A stretch of 64,000 nucleotides of DNA, from positions 85,221 through 149,220 of the forward strand of contig CAYXBQ010000003.1 of NCBI GenBank assembly GCA_964463375.1, written 5' to 3'. Source of the DNA: an uncultured Ruminococcus sp. (lineage in GTDB: Bacteria > Bacillota > Clostridia > Oscillospirales > CAG-272). This document shows, in pieces, positions 57,310 through 64,000 of the stretch. The first letter of the stretch is position 1; each line of letters opens with the position of its first letter. The position numbers were made by a program, and so were the translations under genes. The notes under the pieces were generated by a model. It was not told the origin of the DNA, did no database searches, and saw only the letters and a program-made list of their open reading frames with translations.

Positions 57310-58758
57310 TCAGTGCAGTACCTCTAACATATGCAGCACCAGCGTGGTCAGCCGATCCAGGGAGGACAGCCGCAGGTATTCATCGGGAGAGTGCAGGTTC
57401 TGGATGTCCGGTCCAATGGAAATGATGTCCATGTCCGGGCACTTTTCCATGAGCAGCCCGCATTCCAGCCCCGCATGGATCCCAATGATCTTTGCCTCCC
57501 TACCAAACAGATCCTGCCAGCAGTCCTTGTAGCAGCGCTGCATCCGGGAACCGGTGCGGAAGGCCCAACCGGGATACCGGCTCCTGTGGGTACAAGCGGC
57601 ACCGGACAGGGCAGCACAGCTTTCCAGAAGTTCCTGCATATCGTCCAGCTGGCTCGACACCGAAGACCGAGACGATACCGTCAACTCCACCGCCGCCTCT
57701 GTGGTACGCACGATCCCCAAGCTGGAAGAGGTCTCCACCAGCCCCGGAATGTCTCTGCTCATGCGCCGTACCCCCACCGGGATCACCCGCAGCAGGGAGA
57801 CCGCCGCCACCGTGTCAGCCGCAGACAAGCACCCGTTGGAGACTGCATCCGCTACCGTCACCGCAAAGCCCTTGTCTTCCTCCACCAGCTCTGCCCGCAG
57901 TACCGCTTCCATTTCCCGGATCGCCGCCACCGCAGCCGCCTTGTCCGAGACTGCTATGACTGCCGTGCATTCTCTGGGGATCGCATTGTCTCTCGCACCG
58001 CCATCCAGGGAGATCAGCCGCATAGCACAAGCGCCGGAGGAGGCCTGTAGCAGCTTTCCCATGGCCGGAATGGCAGGTGTCCGCCCTTTGTGGATGTCCT
58101 CGCCGGAGTGCCCGCCAGCCAGACCGGAGATAGCCACCGACAGCACAGCCATGCCGGCCGGGAGCTCCTCCTTGTGGATGGGCAACACCAGATCCGTGCG
58201 GACCCCACCGGCACAGGCCGCCGTAGCTTCGCCTTCTCCGGCAGAATCTAAGTTGATCATCTGCTTGCCCAGAAGCAGCGTGTGGTCAAAATGCCGCATC
58301 CCATCCATACCGGTTTCCTCCGACGTGGTGAAGACGCATTCCAACATAGGCCCACGCAGCTCCGGCTTTTCCAGCAGCATCAGCATGATGGCAACGGCAA
58401 CACCATTGTCTGCTCCCAGCGTCGTACCGTCTGCGTGGAGAATATCGCCCTCCTGCACCAGCCGGATCGGGTCACGGAGAAAATCGTGCTCCACATCTCC
58501 GTTGGCTTCGCAGACCATGTCCATATGCCCTTGCAGTACCACAGAGGGCGCATGCTCATAGCCAACCCCAGCGGCACGGCGAATATACACGTTGTCCTGC
58601 TCGTCCCGTACGCAGAATAGGCCACGGTCTTTGGCAAAAGCTTCCACATATGCCGCAATGGCACGTTCGTTCCCGGAGCCTCTGGGGATGGCAGAGATGG
58701 CAGCAAAGTGGTTCAGCACCGCCATAGTGTCCGGCGTAAAGGATTCATTTTCAAACAT
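57310..58758 (-). CDS. pepD: Aminoacyl-histidine dipeptidase (M20C)
   Basis: IPRGSGNE, LQGHMDMVCE, TTLGADNG, EETGM, GGHSG, IHAGLECG, HSPDE. Confidence 0.94.
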   Translation of the reverse strand: MFENESFTPDTMAVLNHFAAISAIPRGSGNERAIAAYVEAFAKDRGLFCVRDEQDNVYIRRAAGVGYEHAPSVVLQGHMDMVCEANGDVEHDFLRDPIRLVQEGDILHADGTTLGADNGVAVAIMLMLLEKPELRGPMLECVFTTSEETGMDGMRHFDHTLLLGKQMINLDSAGEGEATAACAGGVRTDLVLPIHKEELPAGMAVLSVAISGLAGGHSGEDIHKGRTPAIPAMGKLLQASSGACAMRLISLDGGARDNAIPRECTAVIAVSDKAAAVAAIREMEAVLRAELVEEDKGFAVTVADAVSNGCLSAADTVAAVSLLRVIPVGVRRMSRDIPGLVETSSSLGIVRTTEAAVELTVSSRSSVSSQLDDMQELLESCAALSGAACTHRSRYPGWAFRTGSRMQRCYKDCWQDLFGREAKIIGIHAGLECGLLMEKCPDMDIISIGPDIQNLHSPDEYLRLSSLDRLTTLVLHMLEVLH

Positions 58759-58961
58759 AGATACTATGCTTCCTCCTGATCGTAAATTCCATACAGTATT
58801 ATTATACCAGATTGCGGGAAAAGTGCAAGCATATCGGCGTGAAAAAATGGGAGAAATCTGCCCGGAAATGAAAAAAATCCGGGATTGCTATTTCAAAATC
58901 GGCATTTCTGTGGTATACTATATAGGAGTAGAAAATCAGGATGACACCAGAGGAGGTGCCT

Positions 58962-59723
58962 ATGGCAAATTCGATCCCGGAGAAGGATACCCGCTCCATG
59001 CTGCAAAAGCTGTTTGGACATCCGGATCCACACCGATACCATGCGGCTGTGCTGTTGGCAGCAGGCAGTGGCGTGCGGTTCGGGCAGGCAGAAGGAAAGC
59101 ATATGGCTGTGGTGGAAGGCGTACCGGTGCTGGCCCGCAGTGCCATGGCATTTGAATCCTGCCCGGCCGTGGATGAGATCGTGGTCGTGACAAGGGAAGA
59201 GGATATAGAGACCTGCCGGGAGCTGCTTTCCGGTATCACCAAGCTGCGTGCTGTGGTAGTCGGCGGTGCCACGAGACAGCAGTCTGCCAAGCTCGGCTTT
59301 GATGCCATCGATCCCAAAGCGGAGCTGGTGTCGATCCACGATGCCGCCCGCTGCCTGGTCACGCCGGAGCTGATCACCAGGGTCACAGAGGAAGCCGCCC
59401 GATACGGTGCTGCCGCCGCTGCGGAGAAAACGGTGGACACCGTCAAGCGGGTCAACGGAGAGGGGATCATCCAGGAGACGCTGGATCGAGAGACCATTTG
59501 GCTTGCCAAGACCCCACAGACCTTTTTAGCCGATATGTATCGTGCTGCCGCCTATATGGCCGAACGGGACCATATCACCGCCACCGACGACTGTGCTTTG
59601 GCAGAGCGGCTGGGCTTTTCCGTGCGGCTGGTGGACTGCGGCTGGGAAAACATCAAGATCACCTTTCCGGAGGACGTAGCCAGAGCCGAAATGATCTTAG
59701 AGCTGCGCCGGAAACGGGGATAG
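58962..59723 (+). CDS. ispD: 2-C-methyl-D-erythritol 4-phosphate cytidylyltransferase
   Basis: [51 protein letters not shown]. Confidence 0.95.
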   Translation: MANSIPEKDTRSMLQKLFGHPDPHRYHAAVLLAAGSGVRFGQAEGKHMAVVEGVPVLARSAMAFESCPAVDEIVVVTREEDIETCRELLSGITKLRAVVVGGATRQQSAKLGFDAIDPKAELVSIHDAARCLVTPELITRVTEEAARYGAAAAAEKTVDTVKRVNGEGIIQETLDRETIWLAKTPQTFLADMYRAAAYMAERDHITATDDCALAERLGFSVRLVDCGWENIKITFPEDVARAEMILELRRKRG

Positions 59724-59731
59724 GAGGACAT

Positions 59732-60202
59732 ATGCGGATCGGACACGGGTATGATGCCCATCGCTTCTGCGAAAACAAGGAACTGCACTTAGGCGGCGTT
59801 GCCATCGATTCGCCACTGGGACTGCTGGCCCATTCCGACGGAGACGTGGTGCTGCACGCCATCACCGATGCCCTATTGGGTGCGGCGGGTATGGGAGATA
59901 TCGGCAAGCTGTATCCCGACACCGATGCAGCCTACGCCGGGATCGACAGCCGGATCCTGCTGCGGGACAGTGTAAAGCGTTTGCACGAAAAAGGCTTCGC
60001 TGTCGAATATTTGGACGTGACGATCATAGCCCAAAAGCCCAAGCTGGCACCGTACATAGAGGCCATGCGGGAGACCATTGCGCAGGATATAGACGTGCCA
60101 AGCGACCGGGTGAACGTGAAGGCGACCACAGAGGAAAAAATGGGCTTCACAGGACGTGGGGAAGGGATCAGTACCCACGCCGTGTGCCTGCTGCAGGAAT
60201 AA
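59732..60202 (+). CDS. ispF: 2-C-methyl-D-erythritol 2,4-cyclodiphosphate synthase
   Basis: [41 protein letters not shown]. Confidence 0.96.
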   Translation: MRIGHGYDAHRFCENKELHLGGVAIDSPLGLLAHSDGDVVLHAITDALLGAAGMGDIGKLYPDTDAAYAGIDSRILLRDSVKRLHEKGFAVEYLDVTIIAQKPKLAPYIEAMRETIAQDIDVPSDRVNVKATTEEKMGFTGRGEGISTHAVCLLQE

Positions 60203-60275
60203 AAAGAACCGGTGCCTCTCTCCTACGATCCGATCTTCCAAGATGCGATCTTCCAAAATCGGAGAAAAGCGCCGG
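60198..60275 (-). terminator. Hairpin with T-tract on the minus strand; the loop holds 2x CGATCTTCCAA
   Basis: Arms 60209-60223 and 60261-60275 pair better on the minus strand (G-U instead of C-A) and are followed by TTCTTTTTATT. Direct repeats at 60231-60241 and 60246-60256. Confidence 0.6.
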
Positions 60276-60443
60276 CTCTCTACACGAAAGAGGCGGGAAC
60301 CAACAGAGCCATATACGTCCGGTATTTTCGCGCACCATCCCACGCTCCCGACCCTTTCGGAGATCTGGTTCAGGTACGGCCGCTTTGGTAAGGTGCCGTA
60401 CGATCTCAGTTTATGCAAAAACCGGCAGAGCGTTCCGGTACAT
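60270..60443 (-). ncRNA. ssrS: Candidate 6S RNA
   Basis: About 175-185 nt self-complementary element. CCTGAACC...GGGAGC apical motif (60374-60344) and GGTTCCCGCCTCTTT (60301-60287) resemble Firmicute 6S RNAs. TATAGT -10 at 60455-60450 and a downstream terminator. Confidence 0.5.
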
Positions 60444-60482
60444 CTGAAAACTATACATACAACAAAGAAAGAAGGATCCATT

Positions 60483-61163
60483 ATGAACAGAACCATGTTG
60501 ACAGCGCCGTCCCTTTTGGCGTGCGATTTTCTGCACCTGGAGGATGAGGTACGCAGAGCCGAGCGTTCCGGTGCCGATTGGCTCCATTTGGATGTGATGG
60601 ACGGGGTCTATGTGCCCAACCTGAGCTTTGGCTTTGACATCATCTCCAAGCTGCGCACCGTATCGAACCTGTACTTTGACGTACATATGATGACCGTGTG
60701 CCCGGAGAAATACTTAGAAGTGCTGCAAAAGGCCGGTGCCAACTCCGTCAATATCCACTCCGATGTGCTGTCGAAGGAAAAGACCATCGAGACCCTTCGT
60801 GCCATCAAGAGCCTGGGGATGGATGCCGCCGTGGCCCTGAAGCCCAAGGTAGCCGCCGAGGAGATCGCCGACTTCATCCCCTACTGCGACATGGTGCTGG
60901 TCATGACCGTAGAGCCGGGCTTTGGCGGCCAGAAGTTTATGGCAGACATGATGCCCAAGGTGACAGCGATCCGTAAGATGGCCGACAGTTGCAAGCCGGA
61001 GCTGCACATCCAGGTGGATGGTGGTGTCAGCGCAGCCAATATCGACCAGTGTGCCGCCGCCGGAGCCAATGTGTTCGTGGTAGGCACCTCCTCCTTCCGG
61101 GCACCGGATATGCAAGCTGCACTGGCGGAAATGAAGGATATTGCGGTGCAGGCTGGCAAATAA
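60483..61163 (+). CDS. rpe: Ribulose-phosphate 3-epimerase
   Basis: APSLL, HLDVMDG.YVPN.SFG, DVHMM, MTVEPGFGGQKF, VDGG. Confidence 0.96.
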   Translation: MNRTMLTAPSLLACDFLHLEDEVRRAERSGADWLHLDVMDGVYVPNLSFGFDIISKLRTVSNLYFDVHMMTVCPEKYLEVLQKAGANSVNIHSDVLSKEKTIETLRAIKSLGMDAAVALKPKVAAEEIADFIPYCDMVLVMTVEPGFGGQKFMADMMPKVTAIRKMADSCKPELHIQVDGGVSAANIDQCAAAGANVFVVGTSSFRAPDMQAALAEMKDIAVQAGK

Positions 61164-61202
61164 TACTGTAAATCAATCCCTATAGAAAGGAGCCGCCTTA
61201 TT

Positions 61203-62552
61203 ATGTTTGAGGAAAGACTGGAAGAGATCAGTGAACTGCTGGAGAATCGGGAGTATCATAAACTGCGAAGTATGCTATCCGAATATGAGGCGGCAGATAT
61301 TGCGACCCTATTTGACGAGATCCCCATCGATGCCATCGGTCTGCTGTTTCGACTGCTGCCCAAGGAAGCTGCGGCAGAGGTGTTCGTGGAACTGGACAGC
61401 GATAAGCAGCAGACCCTGATCCAGGCCTTCAGCGATGCGGAGCTGGAAGCGGTGCTGGACCAGCTGTTCGTGGACGATACCGTAGACATCATCGAGGAAA
61501 TGCCTGCCAATGTGGTGAAGCGGATCATCGACCGGACAGAGCCGGAAAAGCGCAGCCAGATCAACAAGATCCTGAACTATCCCAAAAACAGCGCCGGTTC
61601 TCTCATGACCACGGAGTTCGTAGAGCTGAAGACCCACATGACCTGCGACGACGTGTACAAAAACATCAAGCGTTCCGGCGTGAAGAAGGAGACCATCTAC
61701 GACTGCTACGTCACCGATGCCGGTCGTCGGCTCATTGGTGTGCTGTCTGTCAAGGATCTGCTGCTGACCGAGGACGAGGATGCCACCGTAGAGACCCTGA
61801 TGCAGACGGAGCCCATCGCCGCCGGTGTGCTGGACGATGAGGAAGTGGTGGCAAGCACCCTGAAAAAGTACGGCTTCATGGCACTGCCAGTGGTGGATAA
61901 CGAGAACCGTCTGGTGGGGATCATCACCTACGACGACGCCATGGACGTGCTGGAGGAAAGCAGCTCGGAAGACATGGAAATGATGGCGGCCATCACACCT
62001 ACCGATAAGCCGTATCTGAAAAATACCGTGTGGGAGACGTGGAAAAAGCGTATCCCCTGGTTGCTGATCCTGATGCTGTCCTCCACCTTCACCAGCAAAA
62101 TATTGCAGCATTTCGAGGATGCCCTGGTGCAGTGTGCCGCCCTGACCGCCTTTATACCCATGCTCATGGGTACCGGTGGGAACGCCGGTGGGCAGGTCTC
62201 CGTGACGGTGATCCGTGGTCTGTCCTTAGGTGAGATCAAAATGAGCGATGCCCTGCGGATCGTTTGGAAGGAGCTGCGTGTGGCACTGCTGGCGGGCGGG
62301 ACATTGGCAGTGGTCAATTTTGCCAAAATGTTGGCCTTTGACAACGTGACCACACTGGTAGCCGCCGTGGTCTCCGTGACCGTGTTTGCCGTGGTGATCC
62401 TTGCCAAGCTGGTGGGTGGACTCATGCCGATTCTTGCCAAGCGTGTGGGCTGCGACCCTGCCGTCATGGCCAATCCCTTCATCACCACCATCGTGGACGT
62501 GATGTCGCTGCTGGTGTATTTCGGCATGGCAAAGCTGCTGCTGGGACTGTAA
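61203..62552 (+). CDS. mgtE: Magnesium transporter MgtE
   Basis: Acidic N-domain, CBS pair (SAGSLMTTEF), KRIPWL, FIPMLMGTGGNAG, DPAVMANPFITTIVD. Confidence 0.96.
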   Translation: MFEERLEEISELLENREYHKLRSMLSEYEAADIATLFDEIPIDAIGLLFRLLPKEAAAEVFVELDSDKQQTLIQAFSDAELEAVLDQLFVDDTVDIIEEMPANVVKRIIDRTEPEKRSQINKILNYPKNSAGSLMTTEFVELKTHMTCDDVYKNIKRSGVKKETIYDCYVTDAGRRLIGVLSVKDLLLTEDEDATVETLMQTEPIAAGVLDDEEVVASTLKKYGFMALPVVDNENRLVGIITYDDAMDVLEESSSEDMEMMAAITPTDKPYLKNTVWETWKKRIPWLLILMLSSTFTSKILQHFEDALVQCAALTAFIPMLMGTGGNAGGQVSVTVIRGLSLGEIKMSDALRIVWKELRVALLAGGTLAVVNFAKMLAFDNVTTLVAAVVSVTVFAVVILAKLVGGLMPILAKRVGCDPAVMANPFITTIVDVMSLLVYFGMAKLLLGL

Positions 62553-62673
62553 AGCGGCAAACTTTGGTGAAAAAAACACCTTTTTGTGGAATGTGGGCAA
62601 ATTGGCTGGATTTTTGGCGGTTTTGGCGAGAAAAATCTGGGAGAAGTGCCAGCCTAAAAAATGCGGTAAGAAC

Positions 62674-62702
62674 TTCAAAAATGGCGTGACCTATGGTATA
62701 AT
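62674..62702 (+). promoter_or_regulatory. sigmaA promoter for prs
   Basis: TTCAAA-17bp-TATAAT with extended TG, followed by a leader of about 140 nt. Confidence 0.65.
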
Positions 62703-62851
62703 ATATGTAAGATAGGATTGGTGCGGAATGGCCTGCCCGACACTCTGCGGATGACCGGATGCGTGTTACCCAAAGGGCCGTCCTCCCAATACGGAAAGTA
62801 GCACAGGAGAGATGCCTGTGTAAAAGAAATGTATTAAAAAGGGGTACAAAA

Positions 62852-63994
62852 ATGAGCGACAGCTTTTTCGGAGAACTGAGTGTGATCGGTATGCGCGGCT
62901 GCGAAAAATTCGTGAACCAGGTGGACTATTATCTCCGGGAGTGGAGAAGTCATGACGAAGATGGAAAGACCTTTTTGGTAAAGAGCGATTGCCCCCGTTT
63001 CGGTACCGGGGAAGGAAAGGGTATGCTCCACGATTCCATGCGTGGCCATGACGTGTATATCATTTCCGACTGCTTCAACTATGGCGTGACCTACCGGATG
63101 TACGGCAGAGAAGTGCCTATGAGCCCGGACGATCACTTCGCCGATCTGAAGAGAACCATTTCTGCCATCGCCGGGAAAGCCCGCCGGATCACCGTGATCA
63201 TGCCCATGCTGTACGAAGGCAGACAGCATAAGCGTTCCAGCCGGGAATCCCTGGACTGCGCTATCGCCCTACAGGAGCTGACCCAGATGGGCGTGTCCAA
63301 CATCATCACCTTTGATGCCCACGACCCGCGTGTGTCCAACGCCATCCCGCTGACCGGCTTTGACAACGTGCGTCCCACCTACCAGATGATCAAGGCCATG
63401 GTCCGCAGCGTGCCGGATATTTCCTTGAACCACGACGAGACCATGATCATTGCCCCGGACGAAGGCGCTATGTCCCGTACCATGTACTACGCCTCCGTGA
63501 TGGGTCTGGAGCTGGGTATGTTCTACAAGAGAAGAAACTACACCATCGTGGTGGACGGCAAGAACCCCATCGAAGCCCACGAATACTTAGGCAAGGACGT
63601 GAAGGACAAGGACGTGATCGTTATCGACGACATGATCGCCTCCGGTGATTCCATCATCGATGTGTCCAAGCAGCTGAAGGCCAAGGGTGCCAGACGTGTG
63701 TTCCTGTTCGTGACCTTCGGCCTGTTCACCGCCGGCCTGGAAGTATTCGATAAGGCATACGCTGAAGGCATCTTCTCCAAGTGCTTCACCACCAACCTGA
63801 CCTACCACGACCCGGCGCTCATGGATCGGGAATGGTATGTAGATGTCAATATGTGTAAGTATGTGGCGCTGATCGTGGATACCCTGAACCAGGATAAGTC
63901 CATCAGCACCCTGCTGAACCCCGTAAGAAAGATCCACGGTATCCTGAACGAGCAGGCCAAGAAGCACGACGAAGCCCTGCCCTTCGAGGACTGA
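62852..63994 (+). CDS. prs: Ribose-phosphate pyrophosphokinase (long clostridial type)
   Basis: RFGTGE, MPMLYEGRQH, ITFDAH, APDEG, KRR, VIDDMIASGDS. AAGGGG SD. Confidence 0.9.
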   Translation: MSDSFFGELSVIGMRGCEKFVNQVDYYLREWRSHDEDGKTFLVKSDCPRFGTGEGKGMLHDSMRGHDVYIISDCFNYGVTYRMYGREVPMSPDDHFADLKRTISAIAGKARRITVIMPMLYEGRQHKRSSRESLDCAIALQELTQMGVSNIITFDAHDPRVSNAIPLTGFDNVRPTYQMIKAMVRSVPDISLNHDETMIIAPDEGAMSRTMYYASVMGLELGMFYKRRNYTIVVDGKNPIEAHEYLGKDVKDKDVIVIDDMIASGDSIIDVSKQLKAKGARRVFLFVTFGLFTAGLEVFDKAYAEGIFSKCFTTNLTYHDPALMDREWYVDVNMCKYVALIVDTLNQDKSISTLLNPVRKIHGILNEQAKKHDEALPFED

Positions 63995-64000
63995 TCGAGA

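Noticed and set aside
60156-60482. 109-aa N-terminal extension of Rpe in the ORF track
   Set aside because: SD and homology start at 60483; the upstream region is better explained as a structured RNA on the opposite strand.
61164-61202. M-box riboswitch upstream of mgtE
   Set aside because: Only 39 nt separate rpe and mgtE.

Overview
A 64-kb chromosomal window from a moderately high-GC Clostridia-like Firmicute, probably an Oscillospirales/Ruminococcaceae-type gut anaerobe; this is inferred from gene content, sigmaA promoters and SD sites. Housekeeping genes: partial lysA, engB, lon, hisS, purC, phoH-ybeY-era-recO-mutS2, pepD, ispD-ispF, rpe, mgtE, prs. Metabolic genes: a Na+-pumping biotin decarboxylase operon with two different carboxyltransferases, and many carbohydrate genes (manA with a ROK regulator, GH29, GH38, a GH43-like propeller, two beta-helix proteins, an orphan solute-binding lipoprotein, rhaB-rhaA). 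There is one AT-rich islet carrying a Phd/RelE toxin-antitoxin pair. I saw no rRNA, tRNA, CRISPR array, transposase or prophage. Best leads: (1) a BlaI-type repressor translationally coupled to a PD-(D/E)XK-like nuclease; (2) several apparently catalytically dead proteins (pseudo-histidine kinase, pseudo-response regulator, CapA without metal ligands); (3) an antisense sigmaA promoter in an excludon-like arrangement across a probable sporulation gene; (4) a 6S-like ncRNA between ispF and rpe; (5) a window-wide CTWAG codon-context signature; (6) three 19-bp direct repeats upstream of manA; (7) an amber-interrupted small membrane gene; (8) a decayed antitoxin remnant beside the TA pair. All calls come from reading motifs by eye; no database search or folding program was run.
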